Below are positions 30,911 to 41,256 of a stretch of 64,000 nucleotides of DNA, in pieces. The first letter of the stretch is position 1. Every line of letters begins with the position of its first letter. The translations under genes were made by a program, and so were the position numbers. This stretch comes from Arenicellales bacterium (GTDB lineage Bacteria; Pseudomonadota; Gammaproteobacteria; Arenicellales; JAJDZL01), in NCBI GenBank assembly GCA_965203865.1, contig OZ241916.1, positions 934,884-998,883 on the forward strand, written 5' to 3'. The notes under the pieces were generated by a model, which had not been told where the DNA came from, did no database searches, and was given only the letters and a program-made list of their open reading frames with translations.

Positions 30911-32818
30911 ATGCTAACGAGTATCCGAGCCCGTGCAACCGGCTGGATTGCGTGGGCCATTGTTATCCTGATTTCAATTCCGTTTGCTCTTTGGGGCGTA
31001 AATTCTTATTTTGGTGAAATATACGAAATCAATGTAGCTGTGGTTGACGGTGAGGAAATTGATTTGCAGACTTACCAGCGGGCCTTGTACATTGAACGGG
31101 ACAACTATAGGCAGCAAATGGGCGAGAATGTCGATTCAGATTTTTTATCCAGTTCTGTTTTGGGACGACAGGTTGTTGACCAGCTTGTAAACGACTTGCT
31201 TTTATTTCAAGATGCCCGGAGCAATGGCTATTATGTCGGAGATGAAGCGCTGGCAAAGGCAATTCGACGCGCACCCATGTTTCTGACAGATGAAAAGTTT
31301 GACCAGAATCGGTATGAAAGATTGCTGCAGTTCTCCGGCTATTCTGTCACCGAATTCGAAGAACTTCAGAGGCAGCTCGCCGCCGTATCACAAATTCGAA
31401 GCGGCTTTCTGGCTTCTTCCTTTAGCGTGGACCAATCTGTCGATGAAGTACTAAAGGTGGTCCTTCAAACCCGGGACGGCGACTATGCATTGATTGAGCC
31501 GGAGAGATTTGCAAGCGAAATAGAAGTATTGGAAGAAGATATTCAGGCTGAATACGATCAGAATTTGAGCCTGTATTCTGAATCGGAAAAAATGAAAATC
31601 GAGTATATTCAATTATCGCTCTCGGATTTTGCAAAAGATTACGAACCCACAGAGGAGACATTGCAGCAATTGTACGAAGTAGACATTGCCGAGTTTTTGC
31701 GAGAGGAATCAAGATTTGTCAGCCATGTATTGATTAAGCCGGACAGCGAATCCGAGGAAGACGAAGCAAAGGCGTTGGAAGAAGCAACAGAAGTTGCAGA
31801 AAAAGCGAAAGCAGGGGAGGATTTTGATGAATTGGTATCGAATCATTCAGACGATACTGGTTCAGTGGAACAAGGCGGCAGTATAGGAGAGGTTAATCGA
31901 GGTGCAACAGTTCCAGAGTTTGAACAGGTTGCATTTTCTTTAAACGAGGGAGAAATCAGCGACCCGGTGAAGAGTACATTTGGCTTCCATATTATTCGAG
32001 TTGACGAAATTAAAAAAGAGGAAACAAAACCATATGAAGAAGTCAGGGATGAGTTGGTTGAGAGTGCAGTCAAGCAGCAGGCTGAAAACGAACTGGGCGA
32101 GATCCTGGAAGAGGTGCGCAATATCGCGTATGAACAACCAGACAGTCTTCTTGCAGTTTCCGATACTTTTGATTTGGAGATTCAGGAATCCGAGTGGTTT
32201 TCACGGGATACTGGAAGCGGAATTGCTGAAAACGATAAAATTCGAAATGTAGCATTCAGTGAACTTGTACTGAAAGAGGCATTTAATAGCGACTTGGTAG
32301 AACTGGATGTGGAAAACTATGTAGTTTTACGCAAGTTGCAATTTCAGGATGCAGCACAACTGGGCATCGATGAAGTGCGAGATGAAATCACTGAAAAACT
32401 GCTTGCCCAAAAAAGCGAGGAGCAAGCCCAAAATCTTGGTGAGGGACTTGTTGATGCGTTGAAATCTGGTGATGAATGGACAAAAGTATTAACTGAAAAC
32501 AATCTTGACCCATTACCGAATCCAGGCCGGGAGGGAGAGGAGAATTATGATTCTTATCTTGTAGCGAATATGATTTATGCGGCTTCATTGCCCAAAGAAG
32601 ACGGAGTTGCATACGGAAGCGGAAGTTTGCCTGACGGACGATACTTGATTTACAGGATCGTAAGTTCGGAAGATGGCAACCCGGAGAGTGCAGAAGAAGA
32701 AATGAGAAGACAGGTTGAAAATCAGATATCAAATCGATTTGGTGTTGAACTCTACGATAGCTATGTGTCCAACTTGAGAGAAATTGCAGACATCAAAATT
32801 TATGATGATGTTCTATAG
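30911..32818 (+). CDS. ppiD: periplasmic chaperone / peptidyl-prolyl isomerase D
   Basis: 635 aa with an N-terminal TM anchor and a parvulin-like segment (FGFHIIRV). The position after hupB-tRNA is conserved. Confidence 0.85.
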   Translation: MLTSIRARATGWIAWAIVILISIPFALWGVNSYFGEIYEINVAVVDGEEIDLQTYQRALYIERDNYRQQMGENVDSDFLSSSVLGRQVVDQLVNDLLLFQDARSNGYYVGDEALAKAIRRAPMFLTDEKFDQNRYERLLQFSGYSVTEFEELQRQLAAVSQIRSGFLASSFSVDQSVDEVLKVVLQTRDGDYALIEPERFASEIEVLEEDIQAEYDQNLSLYSESEKMKIEYIQLSLSDFAKDYEPTEETLQQLYEVDIAEFLREESRFVSHVLIKPDSESEEDEAKALEEATEVAEKAKAGEDFDELVSNHSDDTGSVEQGGSIGEVNRGATVPEFEQVAFSLNEGEISDPVKSTFGFHIIRVDEIKKEETKPYEEVRDELVESAVKQQAENELGEILEEVRNIAYEQPDSLLAVSDTFDLEIQESEWFSRDTGSGIAENDKIRNVAFSELVLKEAFNSDLVELDVENYVVLRKLQFQDAAQLGIDEVRDEITEKLLAQKSEEQAQNLGEGLVDALKSGDEWTKVLTENNLDPLPNPGREGEENYDSYLVANMIYAASLPKEDGVAYGSGSLPDGRYLIYRIVSSEDGNPESAEEEMRRQVENQISNRFGVELYDSYVSNLREIADIKIYDDVL

Positions 32819-33134
32819 CCCTGTAGGAAATACTTTTAACCCGAACACTTTTCTTGTGCTTGTCGTACGCACTTGAAATTTTATTTACCCAGAATTCGTT
32901 GATTGTGAGCTCGCCTCAAAACTTGGGCGAATACCAGATGCACTCGCCGACCCTTATGAAATGGCAACTGATTGGCAAGATATCCGGATGCGGATCTCGT
33001 ACTGGAGTTTGATCAGAGAATATCCAGACGGCGATACAGAATAATAGAAAGGTTGTTCAAAAAACAATTCACTCTTGAGTGGATAAGCCAAATTGTTTGA
33101 TAAGCATTAGTGTTTGGTATATACTTCCACTCCT

Positions 33135-33212
33135 ATGAAAAATACATTTAGCCAATCAAACACTATCAATACATTCCTTTCCCTGGGTTTGCTCCTTCTG
33201 CTGCGCCTGTAG
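33135..33212 (+). promoter_or_regulatory. putative Leu-rich leader peptide upstream of leuA
   Basis: The 25-codon ORF encodes MKNTFSQSNTINTFLSLGLLLLLRL*, with 8 Leu in the last 11 codons. It ends 102 nt before the leuA ATG. A gcgcc-tgta-ggcgc hairpin overlaps its stop codon. Confidence 0.55.
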
Positions 33213-33314
33213 GCGCGCATTACTCCTAAAAATATTTCTTTTTACACCATGTTGACACGGCACCAAGCTTGGGTGTCGAATTTGCACTAACTGAAAAATT
33301 GATTGGAGAAACTA

Positions 33315-34862
33315 ATGTCGGACAGATTGATAATTTTTGATACCACTCTGCGGGACGGTGAGCAGAGTCCGGGGGCTTCCATGACTTCCGAGGAGAAAAT
33401 GGCAATTGCCCGGTTGCTTGAGAAAATGCAAGTGGATGTAATTGAAGCCGGATTTCCTGCCGCAAGCCAGGGAGATTTTGAGGCGGTAAAGGAAATCGCA
33501 GGCGAAATTAAAGATAGTACGATTTGCGCCTTGGCCAGGGCGGTGGAAGGGGATCTGCATCGTGCTATTGATGCAATCAAGCCTGCCGCATCAGGACGCG
33601 TGCATACGTTTATAGCAACCTCTCCGATTCATATGCAGAACAAACTTCGTATGGAACCGGACAAAGTGCTTGAACGTGCTGTATGGGCAGTAAAAATGTC
33701 GCGGAATGCCACGGATGATGTTGAATTCTCCCCCGAGGATGCAGGTCGTTCTGAAATTGACTTTCTGTGCAGAATACTTGAAGCAGTAATCGATGCGGGT
33801 GCGCGAACGGTGAACATACCGGATACTGTGGGATACAACATGCCGGAGCAGTTCGGAGATCTGATAGAAACATTGATGACCAGAATTCCGAATTCCGACA
33901 AGGCGGTTTTCTCTGCTCATTGTCACAACGATCTTGGAGTTGCTGTAGCGAACTCGCTGGCAGCGGTTCAAAGAGGTGCGCGCCAGGTGGAATGTACGGT
34001 GAACGGTCTCGGCGAACGCGCGGGGAACGCTTCTCTGGAGGAAATTGTAATGGCTGTCAGAACGCGGCAGGATATATTTGATTGCGATACTCGCATAGAC
34101 ACTACTCAAATCGTTCCGGCCAGTCGGCTTGTTTCAAGTATAACCGGATTCCCTGTTCAACCAAACAAGGCTGTGGTAGGTGCTAACGCGTTTGCACATG
34201 AATCTGGAATTCACCAGGACGGTGTAATAAAGAAACGGGAAACCTACGAAATTATGCGCGCAGAAGATGTTGGCTGGAGTGCAAATCGAATGGTTTTGGG
34301 CAAGCATTCCGGCCACAATGCATTTCAGAAACGACTGAGTGAATTGGGAATTGAATTCGATTCGAAAGAAGATCTGGATAGGGCATTTGAACAGTTCAAA
34401 GAGTTGGCCGACAAGAAGCATGAAATTTTCGATGACGACTTGGTTGAACTGGTTACAGAAACAGGGCTGCAAAGCGGTGAAGAAAAATTCAAACTGGAGC
34501 AAATGAGTGTATGTTCAAATACGAAGGCCACTCCGAAGGCAGATGTGGTGTTGCGAGTAAATGGTAAAGCTTGTAACGCAAGTTCCAATGGGAACGGACC
34601 GATAGACGCATCTTTCAAAGCAGTCGACAAGATTGTGGGCAACGGGTTCAGCCTTGAACTGTATTCGGTGAATGCAATTACCAGCGGCACCGATGCTCAG
34701 GGAGAAGTTACAGTTCGGTTGAAGCAAAATGGTCGCATCGTGAATGGACACGGTTCTGATACTGATATTGTGATTGCTTCAGTAAAGGCCTACATCAATG
34801 CAATTAACCGATTTGAATCGACGGAGTATCGTTCTCACCCGCAAAATAATTCAATGATTTGA
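33315..34862 (+). CDS. leuA: 2-isopropylmalate synthase
   Basis: [15 protein letters not shown] and HCHNDLG. The ATG at 33315 follows a ggaga RBS; the ORF track begins at an upstream TTG (33303). Confidence 0.92.
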   Translation: MSDRLIIFDTTLRDGEQSPGASMTSEEKMAIARLLEKMQVDVIEAGFPAASQGDFEAVKEIAGEIKDSTICALARAVEGDLHRAIDAIKPAASGRVHTFIATSPIHMQNKLRMEPDKVLERAVWAVKMSRNATDDVEFSPEDAGRSEIDFLCRILEAVIDAGARTVNIPDTVGYNMPEQFGDLIETLMTRIPNSDKAVFSAHCHNDLGVAVANSLAAVQRGARQVECTVNGLGERAGNASLEEIVMAVRTRQDIFDCDTRIDTTQIVPASRLVSSITGFPVQPNKAVVGANAFAHESGIHQDGVIKKRETYEIMRAEDVGWSANRMVLGKHSGHNAFQKRLSELGIEFDSKEDLDRAFEQFKELADKKHEIFDDDLVELVTETGLQSGEEKFKLEQMSVCSNTKATPKADVVLRVNGKACNASSNGNGPIDASFKAVDKIVGNGFSLELYSVNAITSGTDAQGEVTVRLKQNGRIVNGHGSDTDIVIASVKAYINAINRFESTEYRSHPQNNSMI

Positions 34863-34869
34863 AACCATC

Positions 34870-35577
34870 ATGTCGAAAAATTCGTACCTTGGAGCGATGG
34901 GGATTGAAGTGTGGCAATCTCGTTCGCCGAAGGAGAGTTCATCTGATTTTGCAAATACCAGTGAAGAGTCTGTAGATAATTCCGAAATAGCAACTCCTGG
35001 CACTACTGAAGCGTCCGGAATATTTGAACTGGATTTATCTGCTTTGAGACGGGTTGCGTTGAACTGCAAGTTGTGTTCGCTTCATTCAGGACGGAACAAT
35101 GTTGTTTTCGGCGAAGGACACGATTCTGCCGACTTGATGTTTATTGGGGAGGGGCCGGGTGCTGACGAAGATGCACAAGGTTTGCCTTTTGTTGGCCGTG
35201 CCGGGCAATTGCTCACATCCATGATTGAAGCGATGGGGTTTGCCCGTAGTGAAGTTTATATTGCAAACATTGTCAAATGCCGCCCGCCGAACAATCGCGA
35301 CCCAAAACCGGAGGAGGCCACCAGTTGTGCACCGTACCTGCTTAGGCAAATTGAACTGGTTTCACCGAAGATAATAGTGGCACTAGGTCGGGTCAGCGCA
35401 CAATTGCTGTTGCAAACAGACCAGCCGATAGGACAGCTTCGTGGCGAAGTGTACAAATTCCGAGACACCAACATTGATTTGGTAGTCACCTATCACCCCG
35501 CTTATTTGGTACGCAAATTAACGGAGAAGTCAAAATCGTGGGACGATCTATGGCAGGCAAAGCAGTTGCTGAATTAG
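34870..35577 (+). CDS. uracil-DNA glycosylase, family 4
   Basis: GEGPGADEDAQGLPFVGRAGQLL and the C-terminal HPAYL motif. Confidence 0.8.
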   Translation: MSKNSYLGAMGIEVWQSRSPKESSSDFANTSEESVDNSEIATPGTTEASGIFELDLSALRRVALNCKLCSLHSGRNNVVFGEGHDSADLMFIGEGPGADEDAQGLPFVGRAGQLLTSMIEAMGFARSEVYIANIVKCRPPNNRDPKPEEATSCAPYLLRQIELVSPKIIVALGRVSAQLLLQTDQPIGQLRGEVYKFRDTNIDLVVTYHPAYLVRKLTEKSKSWDDLWQAKQLLN

Positions 35578-35683
35578 TTGCAGTATTGCCGGTGCAATTG
35601 AAAAGGAGTAATTCGCCCGTCCTGGAAAACTACATCAAAAAGGATTTCATTTTTTCTGTTGGAACTTGCTATTCCGCTGACAT

Positions 35684-37120
35684 CTAATCAAGATAGAGAA
35701 TTATGTTTTGATTCGGATGGATGATACCGTCATTATTGATGGCATTCCAGTTGTATAGTTCGGTAACTTTCACATTGTAGCGCTTTGCGATGTGCCATAA
35801 ATTGTCGCCCGGTTTCACTCTGTGAATATGCTTGACACCAATTTTGCGGGCTGAGTATTTTGCGCGTGAAAGGTAACTAGGCAGAGTGAATGCTGTCGGG
35901 ATAATTAATCTTTCTCCCACTTGAATTAGATTCGCATTTGTCAGTGTGTTGGTATCCATAATTGTTTTAATTGGGACACCGTATTTTGAGGAAATTTCCC
36001 CCAGGCTGTCTCCCGTCTTTACCAAGTGGCTTACCCAGGTATATCGGTCAGCAGGATTCAGGTTGTACATTGCAATTGCAGCTTGGTAGTACTTGTCGGC
36101 TGGCACCAGAACACGATACGGCCCATTTGGAGGCGTCATGGACCTGCGCAGCCCGGGATTTAGCAGGGCCAGTTCATCCAGACTGCAATGGATTGCATCG
36201 GCAAGAATTTGCAGATCTATTTGAAATGAAAAATGAGCAACTGTGATGTTCTGAGTGGTTTTTATTTCAGTCAGCGTGATTCCGAACGATTCTGGGTCGG
36301 CAACAATGTTTTTCACTGCGAGAAGTTTAGGGACGTATTTTCTGGTTTCCATACGAAGATTCATCTTGTGAAATTCGGTGCGATTTTTTTCCCTTTCCCG
36401 GCGAATCCTGTTTTCTCCTCCATTGTATGCGGCTAATGCAAGCAACCAGTCACCGTCGAACATTTCGTGCAAGTCTTCCAGATAATCCAAAGCTGCTCTG
36501 GTTGATTCGACAACATCGCGTCGTCCTTCATACCACCAATTCTGTTTAAGCCCATAGTTTTTTCCTGTAGATGAAATGAACTGCCACAACCCTGCAGCAT
36601 GTGCATGCGAATACGCATACGGATTAAAAGCACTTTCAATGACGGGTAACAATGCAATCTCGGAAGGCATATTTCGTTTTTGTACTTCCTTAAATATATA
36701 AGGCAGGTAGAGTTTTGCCCGTTCCAGTGTTTTGCTCAAGGTTTTCGGGTGCGAAGAGTACCACTTTTCATATGAGGTGACATACTTGTCCCGGTAGTCC
36801 GGCAAAGCAAAATTGTTTCGAATGTGAATCCAAATGTCGGTTGTGTTGGTTGATGTAGAATCGCCTGCATCAGAGCGGGGATAGAATGTTCTGCCAGGAA
36901 TTCGCCTGATATCAGGATAGTCTATGCCGTAGTCGCGATAGTACATGTGAGGATACTCGCCTGCCTGAGCCGCTTTTATGAATGCTAGTCCAGTATTTGA
37001 TGAACTATTACCGGCCTGAATAATCATTGAAACTGAGAAAACTGCTCCAATAATGATGCAAATAAATGATGTTCCAACCTTACGGTTTGCATGGCTTTGT
37101 TTTTGATGAGCAATTTTCAT
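35684..37120 (-). CDS. mltD: membrane-bound lytic murein transglycosylase with LysM repeats (MltD-like)
   Basis: SLT catalytic region (VIESAFNPYAYSHAHAAGLWQF) followed by two C-terminal LysM-like repeats. Confidence 0.8.
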   Translation of the reverse strand: MKIAHQKQSHANRKVGTSFICIIIGAVFSVSMIIQAGNSSSNTGLAFIKAAQAGEYPHMYYRDYGIDYPDIRRIPGRTFYPRSDAGDSTSTNTTDIWIHIRNNFALPDYRDKYVTSYEKWYSSHPKTLSKTLERAKLYLPYIFKEVQKRNMPSEIALLPVIESAFNPYAYSHAHAAGLWQFISSTGKNYGLKQNWWYEGRRDVVESTRAALDYLEDLHEMFDGDWLLALAAYNGGENRIRREREKNRTEFHKMNLRMETRKYVPKLLAVKNIVADPESFGITLTEIKTTQNITVAHFSFQIDLQILADAIHCSLDELALLNPGLRRSMTPPNGPYRVLVPADKYYQAAIAMYNLNPADRYTWVSHLVKTGDSLGEISSKYGVPIKTIMDTNTLTNANLIQVGERLIIPTAFTLPSYLSRAKYSARKIGVKHIHRVKPGDNLWHIAKRYNVKVTELYNWNAINNDGIIHPNQNIILYLD

Positions 37121-37261
37121 AGGGCAATAAACTATTTATGGACCATAATTCTGTGAAATTCAGTACGAGCGATTTTATAAAGCATTAAACAGCGGATTTA
37201 CATATATTATATTAGACTTTCCAATAAATTTGATTGATGATGCTTTTCAATTTCAGTTTGA

Positions 37262-38065
37262 TTGAATTTTGCGGCCAATTCCAGAGTATATATCCAAGCC
37301 TTTCCGAATGTGTCTTTGCAAAGTAACCAGCTAAAACTATCATTGTCCGAATGGTGTTCCTTGCCCCTTGGCAGTGAGATTGTCAAAATTGAATCTGATT
37401 GTATTCAAAGGCTACTTCCAAAACGTTTTTACAGAACAGCAATACAAGCTGGACACTTGCCGAAATCGCTTCTTGTAGACAAGCACGCGATAATGGTCAA
37501 GTGCGACGGTTTCGACGGCTTGGGAAATTCGAATGCACAGGTAATTGCCAGAGCAGAGTATCTTCCGTTTACGGCCCGTTCGATAGACTTGCTTGTGCTG
37601 CCTCATGTACTGGAGTTCAGTTCTTCGCCCCACGAGGTTCTAAGAGAGGTTTCGGAATGCGTAGTTCCGGAAGGAATTGTCGTGATTTCTGGATTTAACC
37701 CTTATAGTTTACTCGGAATGACCAAGTCAATTGGCGGGCAGGTACGCGGTGCAATGAAGCATGCGAAGTTTTACTCTGTTACTCGAATTCGCGACTGGCT
37801 AGCCTTGTTGGAGTTTGAAGTGGTCGCAGGGGAATTTTTATTTTATCGTCCTCCTTTTTCGCAGCAGAAACGACTGGACAAGGTATTGGTGCTTGAAAAA
37901 ATTGGGGAAAGGTGGTGGCCCATACTGGGGTCGGTATACATTTTGGTTGCACAAAAAAAGGAGCGAGGCATACGATTGAAGTTCAAGGGGGAGAAGTCTC
38001 CCAAATTGGGGGGCAGAGTTTTGAGCCCCGTTGCAGAAAATTCGCTCTCGAATCGGCAAGTATAA
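37262..38065 (+). CDS. class I SAM-dependent methyltransferase-like protein
   Basis: 267 aa, in the conserved position upstream of rnhA-dnaQ and divergent from mltD. The motifs are weak and the start codon is non-ATG. Confidence 0.5.
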   Translation: MNFAANSRVYIQAFPNVSLQSNQLKLSLSEWCSLPLGSEIVKIESDCIQRLLPKRFYRTAIQAGHLPKSLLVDKHAIMVKCDGFDGLGNSNAQVIARAEYLPFTARSIDLLVLPHVLEFSSSPHEVLREVSECVVPEGIVVISGFNPYSLLGMTKSIGGQVRGAMKHAKFYSVTRIRDWLALLEFEVVAGEFLFYRPPFSQQKRLDKVLVLEKIGERWWPILGSVYILVAQKKERGIRLKFKGEKSPKLGGRVLSPVAENSLSNRQV

Positions 38066-38095
38066 TGACATGCTTTGTACAGGAGATAACGCCAA

Positions 38096-38563
38096 ATGCC
38101 CATAGACCCCAGCAAACAGAAGGTTGAAGTAACAATATATACCGATGGCGCTTGTTCGGGAAACCCGGGTCCAGGCGGATGGGGCGCAATATTGTGCTAT
38201 AAAAATCACCAAAAAGAAATTTCAGGCGGAGAACTGGCGACAACAAATAACCGCATGGAGTTGACGGCGGCGATTCGGGCACTGGAGTGCTTGAAATCCA
38301 GTTGCACTATAAAACTTTACACTGATTCAGTCTACCTGAAAAACGGGATGAATGTTTGGCTGAAGAACTGGAAAAAGAAAAACTGGATTGGGTCAAACAA
38401 GAAGAAGGTATTAAACCAGGACTTGTGGAAGAGGCTGGATGAGTTGAATTCGGAATATGATATTGAATGGCTCTGGGTTGCTGGACACAGCGGCAACCCC
38501 GGGAATGATCGTGCGGATGAGTTGGCGCGAGCCGCCATACCGGATCAAAGTGATGGAAACTGA
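38096..38563 (+). CDS. rnhA: ribonuclease HI
   Basis: IYTDGACSGNPGPGGWGAIL and the C-terminal GHSGNPGNDRADELA. Confidence 0.92.
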   Translation: MPIDPSKQKVEVTIYTDGACSGNPGPGGWGAILCYKNHQKEISGGELATTNNRMELTAAIRALECLKSSCTIKLYTDSVYLKNGMNVWLKNWKKKNWIGSNKKKVLNQDLWKRLDELNSEYDIEWLWVAGHSGNPGNDRADELARAAIPDQSDGN

Positions 38564-38578
38564 ATTTGTGAATTTACG

Positions 38579-39325
38579 ATGCGCAGAGTAGTAGTCGATA
38601 CAGAAACCACGGGTTTGGAGGTTGAGCATGGCCATCGCATCGTTGAAGTTGCATGCCTGGAACTGAATCATCGAACACCTACCGGCAAGAGGTTTCATGA
38701 ATACATAAACCCGGAGCGAGACATAGAATCCAAAGCGCTTGAGGTTCATGGGATCACCAGAGAGGATTTGCAAGACAAGCCCAAATTCGCGGAGATTTCG
38801 GAGGAGTTGTTCAATTTTATAGAAGGGGCGGAACTCGTTATTCACAACTCCGAATTCGATCTCGCTTTCCTTAATCAGGAATTTCGACTAGCCGGCAAGG
38901 ATTGCAAGGTTGAGGACGTTTGCGAGATTTTTGATACGTTGACCTATGCCCGTGATATTCGACCTGGCAGGTCAAACTCTTTGGATGCACTCGCCAACGA
39001 ATACAACGTTGATTTGTCGAAAAGAGAAAAGCATGGCGCCTTGCTGGACGTTGAAATTCTGGCTGATGTGTTCAGCGCAATGACAAGCGGGCAATCATCC
39101 TTTGATTTTGGTGAGTCAAAGGATGTTTCGATAATCAGTTCGACCGGTGGTGCCCGTAAAAAAGAATATCGAGATATCGTAGTGCAAAAGGCCACGCGCG
39201 AAGAACGGGAAGCACACGAAAAATGGCTGGATCATCTGGACAAGGTTTCAAAAAATGGAAGTATCGAAAGAAAGATCACTGCAAAGCAAAGTTCATTCTC
39301 AGAAGATGTAGTAGAGGTAAATTAA
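38579..39325 (+). CDS. dnaQ: DNA polymerase III epsilon subunit
   Basis: VVDTETTGL, HNSEFDLAFL and HGALLDVEILADV exonuclease motifs. Confidence 0.9.
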   Translation: MRRVVVDTETTGLEVEHGHRIVEVACLELNHRTPTGKRFHEYINPERDIESKALEVHGITREDLQDKPKFAEISEELFNFIEGAELVIHNSEFDLAFLNQEFRLAGKDCKVEDVCEIFDTLTYARDIRPGRSNSLDALANEYNVDLSKREKHGALLDVEILADVFSAMTSGQSSFDFGESKDVSIISSTGGARKKEYRDIVVQKATREEREAHEKWLDHLDKVSKNGSIERKITAKQSSFSEDVVEVN

Positions 39326-41008
39326 AAACAGGCCGAATAGAATCACTACCGTTGCCACCATAGCATCTACTGTCCAGGTTTTAGCCAAACTGGAATTTTC
39401 ACCAGTGCTTTCATTAAGTATGCGTGCGACCAGATTTACGGAAGAGGTCAGTATTCTGTAAACGAACTGCAAGGTGAGCGACACTCTGTCGGCGCTCCAT
39501 CTGTAAAGCTTCGGAAACCCCATGCGGTAAACCCACTCTGCATCAATATTCGTACTCCGAAGTTCTGGAGGATAAATGCCCGATAGCTTCAGCCAGACGA
39601 ATGCCAGTGCTGAAAAGAGCAGTAGTTGAATTTGGGCCAGAACATGCGAAGTATCATAAGCACTGTAATTCGTCTCGTAGGGCAAGTGGGTGTAAAGCAG
39701 TTCTGGGAAAATACCGATTCCTATGCACAAAGCTGCTGCGATTCCCATGGCAATCAGCATGCTTGTCGGCGCTTCTTTTACACGAATGCCGGAATCATGC
39801 GCAAAGAATGCGAAGAAAGGAATCTTGATTCCAGCGTGATGAAACACGCCGGCAGATGCGAACAACAAGGCGATCCATACAATGGTATGACCTTCATTCA
39901 AAGCAGCAGACATGATCATTGACTTGCTCACAAATCCGCTAAATAAGGGAAACGCTGAAATTGATGCTGCTCCAACAATGCAGAATACTGTTGTTTTCGG
40001 CATTGACTTGTACAAGCCGCCCAGGTCAGAGCCGTTCATTTTGCCGGTTCTGTACAGGACAGCTCCCATTGACATCATCAACAGCCCCTTGAATATTACG
40101 TCGTTGAACGCATGAGCAATTGCACCGTTGATGGCCAGCTCGGTTCCGATTCCGATTCCACAAACCATGAATCCAATCTGGTTGATCATGCTATATCCCA
40201 GCACTCGTCTGAGATCGTTTTCGATCACAGCATAGAAAATCGGGAAGCAAGTCATTACGGCGCCAATGTAAATCAGTACCTCTGTTCCCGCATATGCGCG
40301 GGCGAGGGCGTATACAGCAACTTTGGTTGTGAAGGCACTCAAGAACACCGTACCCGCCGGAGTGGATTCCGGGTAGACATCCGGTAGCCAGTTGTGGAGC
40401 AGAGGAAATACACACTTGATTCCGAACGCCAAAAAGATTAAATAGGATGCTACATCAGACAAGCCGATATAAGTAAACTCTATACTGCCAGTCTGCAGGG
40501 TATGAATCACTGCGCCGCAGGAAAGCATCAATCCGGAAGCGATTTGAATGATCAGGTAGCGAAGTGCTGCGCGTGATGAAGCGGGAGTTTTTCGAGCCAG
40601 TATCAGGTAAGTAGAACCAAATGCCATCAACTCCCAGAACGTAAACAGGGTGATCATGTCCCCGCTAAAAACGGCGCCAATGGCGGCACCGGCATAGGAA
40701 AGAGCGGTGGCGCACTGCCTGGGTTCTTTTACGTACCAGGCAAAAATAGTTCCAAAGAATGCAGCGATATGAAAAACATATGCAAACACCAAGCTCAACT
40801 GATCTTGTCTGAACAGTATCAGTTCGATCCCGACAATAGACAGTGTGATTACAGATTCGTCGTTGTGTACAAAGACTAGTAGCAGTGCACTAATTACCGG
40901 TACGACCACGCACCACAAGGAAAGCCATCGGCCGCGCAGGAACAGTGCAATAACAGCGCCAGCAAAGAAAACGGCAAACGGTGGAATTTCAGCTATCAGT
41001 GCCATCAT
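39299..41008 (-). CDS. MrpD/NuoN-family proton-conducting membrane subunit (third paralog)
   Basis: 569-aa polytopic protein resembling complex I antiporter-like subunits. Its 3' end overlaps the dnaQ 3' end convergently by 27 nt. Confidence 0.8.
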   Translation of the reverse strand: MMALIAEIPPFAVFFAGAVIALFLRGRWLSLWCVVVPVISALLLVFVHNDESVITLSIVGIELILFRQDQLSLVFAYVFHIAAFFGTIFAWYVKEPRQCATALSYAGAAIGAVFSGDMITLFTFWELMAFGSTYLILARKTPASSRAALRYLIIQIASGLMLSCGAVIHTLQTGSIEFTYIGLSDVASYLIFLAFGIKCVFPLLHNWLPDVYPESTPAGTVFLSAFTTKVAVYALARAYAGTEVLIYIGAVMTCFPIFYAVIENDLRRVLGYSMINQIGFMVCGIGIGTELAINGAIAHAFNDVIFKGLLMMSMGAVLYRTGKMNGSDLGGLYKSMPKTTVFCIVGAASISAFPLFSGFVSKSMIMSAALNEGHTIVWIALLFASAGVFHHAGIKIPFFAFFAHDSGIRVKEAPTSMLIAMGIAAALCIGIGIFPELLYTHLPYETNYSAYDTSHVLAQIQLLLFSALAFVWLKLSGIYPPELRSTNIDAEWVYRMGFPKLYRWSADRVSLTLQFVYRILTSSVNLVARILNESTGENSSLAKTWTVDAMVATVVILFGLFLIYLYYIF

Positions 41009-41249
41009 AGTATTTTTCGCTACGCATCAAAAAATTCCGCATGTACTTCGCGACTACAACAAGAACAACACAAGCAACAAATCCGAACACGCAGTAGAAA
41101 AATGGAAGCCATTCCCAAGGGTGCTCATAGTGTCGGTGTAAAACAAGGTCCAGAATCAGTGCAATGCCACAGATTGCGTAGAACCAGGTCAAGATTCGTC
41201 GAAGGCCGGTCTGTCTGTTTGCTTTGTTGTTTTCGGGTTGAGCGTTCAT
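40989..41249 (-). CDS. small two-TM membrane protein between MrpD paralogs
   Basis: 86 aa counted from the internal Met (MNAQPENN), with two hydrophobic helices. It starts 7 nt after the upstream stop and overlaps the next gene by 20 nt. Confidence 0.4.
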   Translation of the reverse strand: MNAQPENNKANRQTGLRRILTWFYAICGIALILDLVLHRHYEHPWEWLPFFYCVFGFVACVVLVVVAKYMRNFLMRSEKYYDGTDS

Positions 41250-41256
41250 TGATCCT

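Noticed and set aside
33213-33314. A canonical intrinsic terminator for the leu leader.
   Set aside because: I searched for a GC-rich hairpin followed by a U-run. The only T-run (33234-33242) has no preceding stable stem, and the gacac..gtgtc hairpin (about 33253-33276) has no U-tail. The attenuator mechanism is therefore left unresolved rather than annotated.
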